Shown: piece after piece, positions 29,196 to 39,596 of the stretch
How positions within the stretch are numbered: the stretch's first letter is position 1
Layout of the letters: every line of letters starts with the position of its first letter
Virus record (IMG/VR): IMGVR_UViG_2718218172_000010
Length of the DNA: 64,000 nucleotides
From: a virus
Taxonomy: Duplodnaviria; Heunggongvirae; Uroviricota; Caudoviricetes
Strand: one strand, 5' to 3'
Notes under the pieces: model-generated
Databases searched by the model: none
Seen by the model: the letters and a program-made list of their open reading frames with translations, nothing else
What the model was told of the DNA's origin: nothing
Program-made: the position numbers and the translations under genes

Positions 29196-31255
29196 TGGCT
29201 GGTAACCAGATGCCAGTTCTGACGCTGGACGTTAATGAAGAACACCTCAAGCGGCTTGAGGCGATATTTGAAAAGTATCGCAACGGACTGATGATTGGCC
29301 CTGCCGGGACACCGCTTAAAATGCCTTCAAATACAGGTCAGGGAGGTGGCGCCCGGCAGACAACCACAGGCGGAGAAGCCAATCAGGCTCCCAGGAAACC
29401 ATCTTCACCTGCGCCCACCGATGGACGTTTAATGGATGAAAAAGGGCGCTTTGTCGGTAGCGGAAAAACACCTGATTCGCTGGTGAGCAACTATAAAGGT
29501 CGCGGCGAAACGATGTTTGATAAGTATCTCAGTAGTCTGGGTAAAAACGCCAAACAGACGCTGAAAACTTACAAGCAGATCAATTCTACGCTACGGACGA
29601 CCACTTCGAGATTAAACAACCTGTTTAAAACCACCGTATCGTGGGGGACAAAACTTGCGGTTATGGGCGTTGCCGGGCCGTTCGGCTTTGGCATGATGTC
29701 CCGTAGTGTTGTAGAGAAACAGAAAAATGCTGATGAATTGCAGGCAACGCCAGGAGAGTTAAAGGCGGCAGAAAGCACTTATTCGCCTTATTTTTCCGGT
29801 GTTGGCAATGTGCTCAATACACTGGCAGCAGCACAAAATGATATATCGCATCCTGCCCGCGTCGGCCTACTTAATCTGGGGCTAAATCCTGATAAAAACG
29901 CGACTGAAAACCTGCCTGTATTCCTGAAAAAGGTTGCAGCGCTGGCAAAGGAATATCAGGGAACTGGTCTTACCCAGAGCAATTTCAGAGGAATGGGGCT
30001 TGGATGGGTAAATTTTGGTCTTACTAACCAGTTAGTCAAATATCAGGACAAAATACCTGAACTGAACAAAGAGTTTTCGTTACGTGCAGCACAAAATGAT
30101 TCGTTACTGACCTCTGCACATACAAGTAAATATCAGAATCTTACCAGTAACTTAGAAAATAACTGGGATCGACTTACCAGTGGGTTTCAGGGAGCGATGT
30201 CGGGTAATTCTGAACAACTGATTGGAATATCTAATGGCGTCACGAATGCTGCCCTGAATTTCATGAACGGTGAGAACTTTAAAAGGATTCTGACAGATGT
30301 AGAAACGGGGCTGGATAAACTTGGTAAGTACGTTAATGGCCCGGATTTTAATAACGACCTGAACAATTTTGCCGAAAACGTTGCAAAGGTCACCAAAGCT
30401 CTTGGCGGATTTGTTGGCTTTGCGGTTGAACATCCCTGGCTTTTTGGGGCCGCAGTGCTTGCCGGGCCATCAAGAGTTGGTGCTGTGGCAGCTACAACAA
30501 CCGGAGTTGCCGCCCGTGTTGTAGGCGGAAGCCTTCTAGGGGCTACAGCTGGAACAGTAGCAGGATTGGCTATTCCTACGAATAACACACCTACCACCAG
30601 TGAGGAAATGAAAGGGCTGGAAGGCCGTTTTAATTTTGAATATTTTAATGAAGTGCAGGAGTGGCAAAAAAACAATCCTGGCAAGGTCTGGCCTGGAGGA
30701 TTGCAGAAATATTCGAACAATGTAAACAGATCAACATATTTATCCAGAGGGATCAGGAATAACAATCCCGGAAACCTTAATTTCGCAGGACAAAAAGGGG
30801 CTACTCTGGAATCAGGGCCAAATGCCCGTTTTGCCAGCTTCCCGACGATGCTGGAAGGTATCGCCGCCTTAGATCGGCAGGTCATGCTATACCTGAAACG
30901 AGGCAAAAATACGATTGATCAGATTATTGATATTTATGCCCCTTCATCTGATGGAAATAACACATCGTCCTATAAAAGCTATCTCTCTCAGTACACTGGA
31001 TTAGGTGTTAAGGAGAAAATCGATGGTTCTAATTTTGAGCTAATGAGAAAGCTAATTCAGGGCATTATTAACCATGAAAATGGGGCCGCCGCTCGTGCTG
31101 TAAGTGGCGATGATGTGATGCGGGCGCTGGCAATGAACCGGGGGAACGTATATTCACCAAATAATGCTTCTCAGGTAATCAGGCTCGAAGTTCAACAAAA
31201 ACCAGGTTCAGATATACTGGCACAACTCGCCGGAATGCAACAAATACCGGGGTAA
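29195..31255 (+). CDS. tail tape measure protein
   Basis: 686 aa with Gly/Ala-rich hydrophobic segment, downstream of frameshift chaperone pair; AGGAG SD. Confidence 0.65.
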   Translation: MAGNQMPVLTLDVNEEHLKRLEAIFEKYRNGLMIGPAGTPLKMPSNTGQGGGARQTTTGGEANQAPRKPSSPAPTDGRLMDEKGRFVGSGKTPDSLVSNYKGRGETMFDKYLSSLGKNAKQTLKTYKQINSTLRTTTSRLNNLFKTTVSWGTKLAVMGVAGPFGFGMMSRSVVEKQKNADELQATPGELKAAESTYSPYFSGVGNVLNTLAAAQNDISHPARVGLLNLGLNPDKNATENLPVFLKKVAALAKEYQGTGLTQSNFRGMGLGWVNFGLTNQLVKYQDKIPELNKEFSLRAAQNDSLLTSAHTSKYQNLTSNLENNWDRLTSGFQGAMSGNSEQLIGISNGVTNAALNFMNGENFKRILTDVETGLDKLGKYVNGPDFNNDLNNFAENVAKVTKALGGFVGFAVEHPWLFGAAVLAGPSRVGAVAATTTGVAARVVGGSLLGATAGTVAGLAIPTNNTPTTSEEMKGLEGRFNFEYFNEVQEWQKNNPGKVWPGGLQKYSNNVNRSTYLSRGIRNNNPGNLNFAGQKGATLESGPNARFASFPTMLEGIAALDRQVMLYLKRGKNTIDQIIDIYAPSSDGNNTSSYKSYLSQYTGLGVKEKIDGSNFELMRKLIQGIINHENGAAARAVSGDDVMRALAMNRGNVYSPNNASQVIRLEVQQKPGSDILAQLAGMQQIPG

Positions 31256-31258
31256 ACC

Positions 31259-31927
31259 ATGTCACTTAATTACTTTGGACAAGCTTTCAAACTGGCGTTT
31301 GAAGTATCGCCCATTCTTTTAGTTGATGGCATAGCGTCGAAAATTCCCGGCGGGGTGATGCCGATTGCTGTTTTGACCGAAGGCCTAAGCATTGCGAATG
31401 GTCTGCTGCATGGCGAGATACGCACACGCTTGATGGCGGCATTTACCCCGATGGCGGGGACAACGTTAGTCCAGCAGGATATTTGCAACCTGAATTTCTA
31501 TAACCAGGTAACGGCAGCGAATGCGACCGTCAGGAAGCCTAACCGGGTAGTCATGCAGATGATCCGTCCGGCATCAACGGAGGACGGTGGCTACACCACG
31601 AAGGGAATGACGTTCACGGCGCTGAAAATGGCGCTTGATATGCATAATCAGTATGGCGGTTGTTACACCGTTCTGACTCCGTCGTTTATCTATACGCGTT
31701 GCCTGATGCGGTCGTTTATCGATACATCCGGTTTCTCTGAGCAGAACAAGCAAGTGCAGCATACCTGGCAGATTGAATTTGAGCAACCATTGTCATCTGT
31801 CGAACAAACAGTAAAGACGCTGGCGAGCGTTCTGGATAAATTTGATAAAGGGATGCAGTCAGACGGGCCGCTATCGTGGTCAGGTATTAAGAACCAGGTC
31901 GTGCAGGAGTTTGGTATTGGCTTATGA
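31259..31927 (+). CDS. tail/baseplate protein
   Basis: 222 aa. Confidence 0.4.
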   Translation: MSLNYFGQAFKLAFEVSPILLVDGIASKIPGGVMPIAVLTEGLSIANGLLHGEIRTRLMAAFTPMAGTTLVQQDICNLNFYNQVTAANATVRKPNRVVMQMIRPASTEDGGYTTKGMTFTALKMALDMHNQYGGCYTVLTPSFIYTRCLMRSFIDTSGFSEQNKQVQHTWQIEFEQPLSSVEQTVKTLASVLDKFDKGMQSDGPLSWSGIKNQVVQEFGIGL

Positions 31928-32190
31928 CAACGTTAATTCCTTTCAAACCGGACGGGCGAGGTCCGTTTCAGTTCACGGCCAGAATTGGAGAATATGAAAC
32001 ATTCGCCCGCGTTCCGTTTAATCTGTATGCAAATCGTTACTACCTGGAACTGAAAGACAGTTCTGGCGACGTGATTGTGTACATGCCGTTGATCGCGTCA
32101 CCTGACAATTACGACATCAATCTGGCGCTGCCTTGTTCACCGGGGAAACTTGTTTTTCGCGAAAGTACGAATCAGTTTGAGGTTTCGTAA
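31924..32190 (+). CDS. small tail protein
   Basis: 88 aa. Confidence 0.4.
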   Translation: MTTLIPFKPDGRGPFQFTARIGEYETFARVPFNLYANRYYLELKDSSGDVIVYMPLIASPDNYDINLALPCSPGKLVFRESTNQFEVS

Positions 32191-33197
32191 TGCGTTATTA
32201 CCGACTGGAAATTATTAATCCTAAAACAGGCAAGCCGCCTGTGGATAGCAATGGAAAACCCATTGGACCTTTTGATACCAGTGAAACACCAGGATGTGGA
32301 TTGCATGTCGAATTTGACTTTGAAGTAACTGGTTTGGATGTAGTCTGTTCGGGTACGATGCTGACGATCTATGGATTACCAATTGACATGCTGAAGCAAA
32401 GCGTGAGTTTGCAGGGTTGTCTGGTCCGTATGAAAGCAGGCTTTGTTCAGGGATTACCACTGGCAAATAAGGATCAACAGGGGGAGGTAATCTATGGTGA
32501 AATTTATCTGGCCTATGCCAACTGGATCGGTACGAACCAGACTTTGAACCTGGTAATAAATCCAAGCATACGCAAAACCGATGACGGTAAACCTTTTTCA
32601 ATTGAGGGGCAGGGGGAAGCAGGGGAAAGGGTAGGCGATGTTTTAGTCCGCGCTTTGCAAAAAGCATATCCCAATAAATTGATTGATTGCACAGTCAGCG
32701 ACAACCTGGTTTTGCCAGAGCCGTGGACGGGAAAATATACGGAGATTGGTTCTCTGGCTATGGTCGTAAAAAACGCCTCTATTGCGATGATGCGTAATGA
32801 AAGGTATAGCGGAATCGCCATCAGTATTCTTTCCGACAGAATACGAATTTACGATAACGCGTCAGCAAAGTGGGGTGAGCCAAAAACAATTCATGCCCAT
32901 GAACTGGTCGGGCAGCCGACATGGATAGCACCGTTTACCGTCAGTTTCAAATGTCCTATGAGAGGCGATATCAGATGTGGTGATGTGGTTAAACTGCCGG
33001 AGGGGCTATATTCTGGCGCTGCGTCGATTGTGATGGCTAATACAACGGCACCCAGCGTTATCGCAAAAAATTCGACCACGTTCACCGGGAAATTTCTTGT
33101 GAAATCGGTCAGACACATTGGTTCGTATCTGACAGCTGATGGCGATGCCTGGGTGACGGTATTTGAGGCATATGCTGAGAACTGGGCGAGGGTGTAA
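32190..33197 (+). CDS. baseplate hub-like protein
   Basis: 335 aa. Confidence 0.4.
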   Translation: MRYYRLEIINPKTGKPPVDSNGKPIGPFDTSETPGCGLHVEFDFEVTGLDVVCSGTMLTIYGLPIDMLKQSVSLQGCLVRMKAGFVQGLPLANKDQQGEVIYGEIYLAYANWIGTNQTLNLVINPSIRKTDDGKPFSIEGQGEAGERVGDVLVRALQKAYPNKLIDCTVSDNLVLPEPWTGKYTEIGSLAMVVKNASIAMMRNERYSGIAISILSDRIRIYDNASAKWGEPKTIHAHELVGQPTWIAPFTVSFKCPMRGDIRCGDVVKLPEGLYSGAASIVMANTTAPSVIAKNSTTFTGKFLVKSVRHIGSYLTADGDAWVTVFEAYAENWARV

Positions 33198-33910
33198 TGT
33201 CAAACGCTCAAAAATTACCGTTTCTCCGAACGCTGTCGGAGATGATGACCAGTTCTGGCAACCAGCAAGCCGAGCTTAAAGGACGCGAATTGCCCTGCCA
33301 TGTTGTCGATGTCAGTGGGCAGATAGTGACCGTTCAGTTTGATATGTTGCCAGAGGGGATCAACTTTCCGCAGATAACAATCCCTGTCGCCACATTCCCG
33401 TATATTCGTTACCCGATACAGCCGGGCGATCGAGGAGTAACAATTGCCGCAGATGTATCACTGCGCGGTGTGTCCGGATTGGGAACCGGTATGGCGACGC
33501 TCTCTTACTCGATGTCACTCACTCCACTGTTTTTCGTGCCACTGGCAAACAAGGACTGGTCCGACGAAGATCCGCAAAAAATCGTTTTGTACGGTCCGGA
33601 TGGCGCGATCCTCAAAACAGAGGACGGCAGTAGCTCGGTAACGGTGGCACCGGAAGAAATCAGGCTAAATTCGAAAGCTGTTTACCTCGAGGCCGAAGAT
33701 ATTTTCCTGAACGGGAAAATTCACCTCAACGGTCCAATCGTCCAGGACAAAGCCCAGATGAAGGATACAACAGCTTCGCTGATTGGCCCTCTCAAGGTCG
33801 AGAAGGATGCAGTTATCAACGGTGTGAGCGCCAGCGGCCACAGCCATGATGTGACCGGCGTTCAAAGCGGCAACAGCACGATCACGTCGAAGAAACCAAA
33901 TCCGGGTTAA
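33197..33910 (+). CDS. baseplate spike (gpV-like) protein
   Basis: 237 aa; followed by a terminator. Confidence 0.4.
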   Translation: MSNAQKLPFLRTLSEMMTSSGNQQAELKGRELPCHVVDVSGQIVTVQFDMLPEGINFPQITIPVATFPYIRYPIQPGDRGVTIAADVSLRGVSGLGTGMATLSYSMSLTPLFFVPLANKDWSDEDPQKIVLYGPDGAILKTEDGSSSVTVAPEEIRLNSKAVYLEAEDIFLNGKIHLNGPIVQDKAQMKDTTASLIGPLKVEKDAVINGVSASGHSHDVTGVQSGNSTITSKKPNPG

Positions 33911-33950
33911 TACCGGTTCATTTCACTTTAAATTCTATCCATAAAGCGAA

Positions 33951-33985
33951 AGCCCCGAACTGTTGCAGCAGTCGGGGCTTTTTGT
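33951..33985 (+). terminator. rho-independent terminator
   Basis: AGCCCCGA...TCGGGGCT 8-bp stem plus T-run. Confidence 0.45.
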
Positions 33986-34015
33986 TTCTGACCTTGAATA
34001 AGGCAAGGAGAAGTC

Positions 34016-34153
34016 GTGTTTGATTTTAGCAAACTGATTCGGGAGATTCGAGTTATGGCTGAAAAATTATCCACCTGGAAGTTTTTGCTTATTTGGTTGG
34101 TCTTTCTGATTCTGGCGTCTGGTTATTTTGTTGGCCAGATCCGATGGTGGTGA
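34016..34153 (+). CDS. 45-aa hydrophobic peptide (GTG start)
   Basis: AAGGAG SD then GTG; ...WKFLLIWLVFLILASGYFVGQIRWW. Confidence 0.25.
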   Translation: MFDFSKLIREIRVMAEKLSTWKFLLIWLVFLILASGYFVGQIRWW

Positions 34154-34160
34154 GGGCACG

Positions 34161-34508
34161 ATGAGAACATGGGGCCGCGTCACTGACGCGAACGGCAACA
34201 AAAAATGGGTTGCAGTAGAATCTGACACCAGCGGTGATTTCTCCTACGGCTGGCTGACGACGCTCATTCAGACGTTAAAGCTGGGGTTGGGGGAGTCGCC
34301 GTTTTACGCGAATTACGGCATTCCTGCGCAGCAGTGCATCGTGCAGCAGATTTACCCGGACTACTATGTGAACATGGTTCAGCAACAGTTTGCCGGGTAT
34401 TTTGCATCGCTGGCAATTTCAAAGGTAGATGGGGCAGAGAACCCCACCTATAACATCGATGTTGTGTTTTTTAACGGAACCAGTTACCGGACGCAGGTTC
34501 CGGTTTGA
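34161..34508 (+). CDS. hypothetical phage protein
   Basis: ATG at 34161 with GTGAGGG SD; 115 aa. Confidence 0.4.
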   Translation: MRTWGRVTDANGNKKWVAVESDTSGDFSYGWLTTLIQTLKLGLGESPFYANYGIPAQQCIVQQIYPDYYVNMVQQQFAGYFASLAISKVDGAENPTYNIDVVFFNGTSYRTQVPV

Positions 34509-35044
34509 GGCAAGTTTTCGGGTATCAATTGGGCCAGTGGCGTATTAAGAAGTTCATCGCGTGGCATGACAATCCATCCACTTTTGCGTAGTAAGTGAAT
34601 TGCCCATTCTGTGGTTATAACTGAGCCTGATTTGTGGTGCTCAATGTGGGTAACCGATCCGTTTCTGACGCGCATGATGATGTCAACATTCAGAGGGGGT
34701 TGTGTGCTGGTAGTTTCTTCGCGTAGTTTCTTCTCGCACTCGATGAAGTATCGGCGGATCTGGCGGCCTTTTTCGTTGCGTTCGACCATAGCCAGCTCTT
34801 TGGCGGTGTCCAGGGTGAGATGGTAGTCTTTGGCTGGTCTGCCTCTACCGATTTTTTCCCGATTTTGGGAAATAATCAAAAAGTCCTGATTTTCTACGAA
34901 TTCATACTCGCTGATTCGTTCGGTAATCCAAGTGGCAAAGCGTTTACCTACTTCGAGAAAGGCATGCAGATCGCGAGCGTTGCATAGAAGGATGGTTTCG
35001 TTCGAAATGGTTCCGTTGAACACGGTGATGAGTTGGGTGGTCAT
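34484..35044 (-). CDS. antirepressor-like protein on opposite strand (moron)
   Basis: ATG at 35042-35044 with AGAGG SD; MTTQLITVFNGTISNETILLCNARDLHAFLEVGKRFATWI...; inverted relative to tail genes. Confidence 0.5.
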   Translation of the reverse strand: MTTQLITVFNGTISNETILLCNARDLHAFLEVGKRFATWITERISEYEFVENQDFLIISQNREKIGRGRPAKDYHLTLDTAKELAMVERNEKGRQIRRYFIECEKKLREETTSTQPPLNVDIIMRVRNGSVTHIEHHKSGSVITTEWAIHLLRKSGWIVMPRDELLNTPLAQLIPENLPQTGTCVR

Positions 35045-35380
35045 AGTAACCTCTTTTGGCTTTTTTCGAATTGCCACTAACGTAGTGGCGCCGGGAGGTT
35101 CGAAACGGCCCAAAAGATACCGCGGACTTATTCCCCTTTCGGGTGTTGTATTCGTCGCCCTCCCGACATTGATCGGGGTTGTGATCGCACATATTGCCAT
35201 CACAAAAAAAGGCATAAAAAAACCAACACATTGTAGGGTGCTGGGTAATCAGCTTTTGGGGGAGGTTTCGACGCCTCATGCGTCCAATCATACTCAACTG
35301 GGCGCGGTTGTAAAGTATGAACTTGAACAGACATTAAGAATGGGTAAAATTTGTCCTCCTGTTTTATAAGGAGATTAAGG

Positions 35381-36127
35381 ATGTCTAAGTTAAAATTATT
35401 TGTAGTGTTTACCTTTTTATTACAAATAGGAACTGCGAATGCAGTATCTTTTGATTGCTCGAAAGCTAAATCATATTCTGAAAAGTTAATTTGCAACAAC
35501 AGTGAATTATCTGAACTTGATGATAAATTAAATTCTTTATATCAAAAAGTAAAGTTAGAGAGCACTGATAAGAAAGCTTTTAGAAAAATTGTTTCAGACT
35601 TGTGGAATGAAAGAGAGAAGTGCAAAACAGAATCATGTGTTCGACAATGGTATTCTAATGCATTCAGGGAATATTCATCTTTAAATGAAATTAATGAGAA
35701 CATAATCAATGAATCAGAGAATTACGCTGAATGGTATATTGATGGTGCGCTGATAATATTACCTCCATTGGAAGGTGTTAGTAAAAATAGATTCCTGATG
35801 TATGGCGATGATGGAACAATAGCTATTTTTATTGCTTCAAAATCTAAAGGTAATGGATTTTGCGATAATTCAGTGCAAATTGATGGCCCATTAGAATATC
35901 CACCAATTTTGATTAATGGTGAATATTATAAAACTTATAAATCATGCTTGTATGGAAATGGTTTTATAGTGCCAAAAACTGAAATTGGTAAAGCAGTTCT
36001 GAAAGAGTTGGTTATGAAAATGAAGCCTATAAAAATTTCTTTTGGAGACGGCGATGAATTTAACTATCCTCCATCAAATGTAAAAAGAATGCTTGAGAGG
36101 GTGGAAAAAATGAAACAGGCAAAATAA
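35381..36127 (+). CDS. secreted DUF1311 (LprI-like N-domain) protein, moron
   Basis: AAGGAG SD; signal peptide MSKLKLFVVFTFLLQIGTANA; Cys pattern FDCSKAKSYSEKLICNN...CKTESCVRQWY; low GC. Confidence 0.5.
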   Translation: MSKLKLFVVFTFLLQIGTANAVSFDCSKAKSYSEKLICNNSELSELDDKLNSLYQKVKLESTDKKAFRKIVSDLWNEREKCKTESCVRQWYSNAFREYSSLNEINENIINESENYAEWYIDGALIILPPLEGVSKNRFLMYGDDGTIAIFIASKSKGNGFCDNSVQIDGPLEYPPILINGEYYKTYKSCLYGNGFIVPKTEIGKAVLKELVMKMKPIKISFGDGDEFNYPPSNVKRMLERVEKMKQAK

Positions 36128-36135
36128 GTTAACTT

Positions 36136-36157
36136 AAAACCGCTTCGGCGGTTTTTA
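36136..36157 (+). terminator. rho-independent terminator
   Basis: CCGCTTCGGCGG hairpin plus T-run. Confidence 0.5.
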
Positions 36158-36169
36158 TATAGGGGATAT

Positions 36170-37396
36170 ATGTCAGAAATACCAATTACTATGACCAGTG
36201 CGGGTGCGCAGCCTACGCCACCCAATGATTTGCTCGCGAATCTTATCACCAGAGTTGCTGAAAAAGTACCTGGATATACAGCCAACCTTCCGGCAGGACT
36301 TATTACAGACCTTGCCAGCACGGCAGTAGGGGCGCTGGCATTAATAGACCAGGCGCGGGTGGACCTTATTAACTCTGTAAGCCCATACGGCGCGAATATT
36401 CCGTTACTGATGCAACTCGGAAACATATATGGAGCACAGAAGGGATTAAGTACAAATACGGCGGTATACGTGGTGTTTGAGGCGTTACCGGGGTTTGGTA
36501 TCCCTAAAGGATTTGTGGTTGGTGACGGTAACTACCAGTATGCAGTTTCCCGCGATACGGTGGTTCCGGAAAGTGGGCAGACTGAACCAGTCTACTGTGT
36601 GGCCACTACGTCAGGCTCATGGGCTGTACCGGAAGGGACCGTGACGCAGGTCATTACATCAGTACCAAAAGACCAGCCTGTAAAATGCACGAACCTAACC
36701 GCAGGGATGCCAGGTCAGGAGGCGCAAACGTGGGCATCTTACCGCGCCGAAGTCATGGAGTCCGGCATGTTTGGTGTGCAGGGAACACCGGATTGCTTTA
36801 AAGCGATGCTCAAATCAGTAAACGGTGTGCGAGAAAACCTGATTTCTTTTCGGCAGTCGTCGCTGGGGAAATGGGTTGCGGTTGTTGGTGGCGGTGATCC
36901 GTATGATGTGGCTTATGCGATTTACAAATCTGTACCGGATATTTCGAAACTGACCAACGATGTAAGCAATCCATCCGGTGCGGCAGTGGAAAAACGCACG
37001 GTTTCAATAACCGTTTCGCCGGACGTTTATCAGGTGCCGTTCGTTATCCCGTCATCACAAAACGTCATGGTGCTAATCACCTGGAACACGGTGTCTGATG
37101 ATTATGTTGATCCGGCGGGTATTGCTATGGCTGTGCAGCAAAACGTTGCTGATTACATCAATTCAATTGAAGTCGGACACCCGATAAATCTTCTGCGTAT
37201 CCAGGATATTTTTACCAGTTCCGTCAGGTTGCTGGTTGATGCGACGTTGATCTCAACAATCAGTGTGAGTATTGGTATTAACGGCCATATTGTTCTTCCG
37301 GCGAAAGACACAAGCCTGGTTTATGGCGATACCTATTCCTATTTTTCAACGGTGGCATCACAGGTTCAGGTCAACAAGCATGCAATATCTGACTGA
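36170..37396 (+). CDS. baseplate J-like protein
   Basis: 408 aa; AGGGGA SD. Confidence 0.5.
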   Translation: MSEIPITMTSAGAQPTPPNDLLANLITRVAEKVPGYTANLPAGLITDLASTAVGALALIDQARVDLINSVSPYGANIPLLMQLGNIYGAQKGLSTNTAVYVVFEALPGFGIPKGFVVGDGNYQYAVSRDTVVPESGQTEPVYCVATTSGSWAVPEGTVTQVITSVPKDQPVKCTNLTAGMPGQEAQTWASYRAEVMESGMFGVQGTPDCFKAMLKSVNGVRENLISFRQSSLGKWVAVVGGGDPYDVAYAIYKSVPDISKLTNDVSNPSGAAVEKRTVSITVSPDVYQVPFVIPSSQNVMVLITWNTVSDDYVDPAGIAMAVQQNVADYINSIEVGHPINLLRIQDIFTSSVRLLVDATLISTISVSIGINGHIVLPAKDTSLVYGDTYSYFSTVASQVQVNKHAISD

Positions 37397-38006
37397 GAAA
37401 ATTCTCCCTGCTTATCCATTTGCGCAGTACAGAGATGATCCGAATGTTGTTGCGTTCTTTGATGCATACAATGAAATTGCTCAGGAATACCTCGATTCAC
37501 TCAACAATCTGGCATTGCCATGCTGGACATCGGAATCAATAACCGGGCAATTACTGGACTGGATTGCACTCGGGATTTATGGCGTTGAAAGGCCTTTACT
37601 ACAGGTTTCCGAGGAGGCTATTGCACGCGGCGCATACGATACCATTGAATACAATACGATCCCGTATGCAGCAATGCGGAATTACGTTCCAGGGCAGGCA
37701 TCGTATGTCCCTGATGATTATTTCAAACGAATATTAACTTGGAATTTTTATAAGGCTGACGGTTCGCATTTCTGCATTGATTGGTTAAAGCGCCGTGTGG
37801 CACGGTTCATTCATGGGAAAAACGGAATAGACCCGCCATTGCAGCATACTTTTGATGTGAGTGTGACTGTATCGGACAGTGTTTTTTCTATTCAGATACC
37901 AGAGTATGGCGATGGCATAGGCTATTTTCTTAAAGATGCCATTGACCAGAAATATGTAAAACTCCCTTTTATTTATTCCTATGCAACAACGGTGATTCAA
38001 AAATGA
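37380..38006 (+). CDS. tail protein (P2 gpI-like position)
   Basis: ATG at 37380 (track start is TTG); MQYLTEKILPAYPFAQY... Confidence 0.45.
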   Translation: MQYLTEKILPAYPFAQYRDDPNVVAFFDAYNEIAQEYLDSLNNLALPCWTSESITGQLLDWIALGIYGVERPLLQVSEEAIARGAYDTIEYNTIPYAAMRNYVPGQASYVPDDYFKRILTWNFYKADGSHFCIDWLKRRVARFIHGKNGIDPPLQHTFDVSVTVSDSVFSIQIPEYGDGIGYFLKDAIDQKYVKLPFIYSYATTVIQK

Positions 38007-39089
38007 TTCTTGGATTTGGCAATAACGTTGTTTCAGCACTGGCTGGCGATATCACGACGATTCAGACTGATATTCCGGTGATGCCGGGCACGGGAGCTAA
38101 ATTTGCAAAATTGCTTTCTGCCGATTTTGAAAATAAATCGAACGGGCAACGCGTCTATGCAAAAATTACGCTTACCGATAATAAAGAGTCTGCATTTGAG
38201 ATTTGTCACCTGGTATCGGTAAGCGGTGATGTGTTGAAAGTCATTCGTGGGCAGGAAGGAACAACCGCGAAAGGTTGGTCCCTTAATGACGTTGTGGCTA
38301 ACTTTGCCACGCGTGGTTCGGAAAACCATTTCGTACAGATAGCGCAGCTTCAGAGTGGTCATTATATTGCGGGAGTTGCTGGCGGCACTGCAAACGCGCT
38401 GACTCTGGAGCTTCCCGCGACGTTTTTTGTTAATGGAGGTACAGACTGGACGCTACGAACCCCGATTATCGTTTTCCCCGTTCAGAACAATACCAATGCC
38501 GCGACACTTCAATTAACACTGGGCGGAAAGGTTCTTGGTACGTTCCCGCTTTATAAGGGGAACAAGTCCGAGCTGGTAGCGAACGATATCATTAAAGGCA
38601 TTCCCTTAATTTGTCTTCTTGATAGCGAGAAAAGCTATTTCAGCGTGATAAACCCTGGCAATATCTATTCAGATTTTGATCTGCGATATGTAAAAAAATC
38701 TGGTGATTTGATGACCGGAGAACTAAAAATCCGTGGTGTTAATGCACTGAGGATTTTCAACGAAGCTTTTGGCCTGATTTTTCGTCGTTCGGAAGAGTGC
38801 CTGCACTTTATTCCAACACAGGAAAACCAGGGTGAAAATGGCAATATTGGTCCACTTCGACCGTTCACTATTAATCTGCGGACGGGTGAAATATCCATGT
38901 CGCATAAAGTGTCTGTTGGCGGCGGTTCTCAGGTCAATGGTGCGCTGGGTATCGGTGTTCAGAACGCGCTGGGCGGTAACTCAATTGCTTTCGGGGATAA
39001 CGATACCGGCCTGAAACAGAATGGTGACGGCCTGCTGGATGTTTATGCCAATGGTCAGCACGTATTCCGTTTTCAGAATGGCGCGTTAC
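38003..39089 (+). CDS. tail fibre protein, 3' end lost in gap
   Basis: ORF open into the N-run at 39090; Gly-rich repeats. Confidence 0.5.
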
Positions 39090-39189
39090 NNNNNNNNNNN
39101 NNNNNNNNNNNNNNNNNNNNNNNNNNNNNNNNNNNNNNNNNNNNNNNNNNNNNNNNNNNNNNNNNNNNNNNNNNNNNNNNNNNNNNNNN
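39090..39189. other. assembly gap (100 N)
   Basis: Exactly 100 consecutive N. Confidence 0.95.
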
Positions 39190-39476
39190 ATTATCAGGCG
39201 CAACTGAAGCGGCATAATCTGCGTGGAAGTATGAGCGCAAAAGGTTGCTGCTACGATAATGCCTGCGTGGAAAGCTTCTTTCATTCGCTGAAAGTGGAAT
39301 GTATCCATGGAGAACACTTTATCAGCCGGGAAATAATGCGGGCAACGGTGTTTAATTATATCGAATGTGATTACAATCGGTGGCGGCGGCACAGTTGGTG
39401 TGGCGGCCTCAGTCCGGAACAATTTGAAAACAAGAACCTCGCTTAGGCCTGTGTCCATATTACGTGGGTAGGATCA
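39190..39476 (+). mobile_element. IS3-family transposase 3' end and right inverted repeat (fragment)
   Basis: Translation ...[21 protein letters not shown]...[22 protein letters not shown] to stop at 39446; terminal GTGGGTAGGATCA ending at 39476. Confidence 0.65.
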
Positions 39477-39596
39477 CATAACCTGAAATGGCACTAATGG
39501 CCAGAGCTTACTAATACATAATCCCTACAGGATGTAGCCACCAGTTTTGTTCATCCGGTATTCTGATTTGGTAACATGCTCCAGAAAGGAAGAAAT

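Noticed and set aside
30187-30906. 239-aa minus-strand ORF
   Set aside because: Antisense to the tape-measure gene.
35080-35310. tRNA-like GGTTCGAA motifs
   Set aside because: No acceptor, D or anticodon stems could be built around them.
39090-39189. N-runs as biological features
   Set aside because: Exactly 100 N twice is a scaffolding convention, not sequence.
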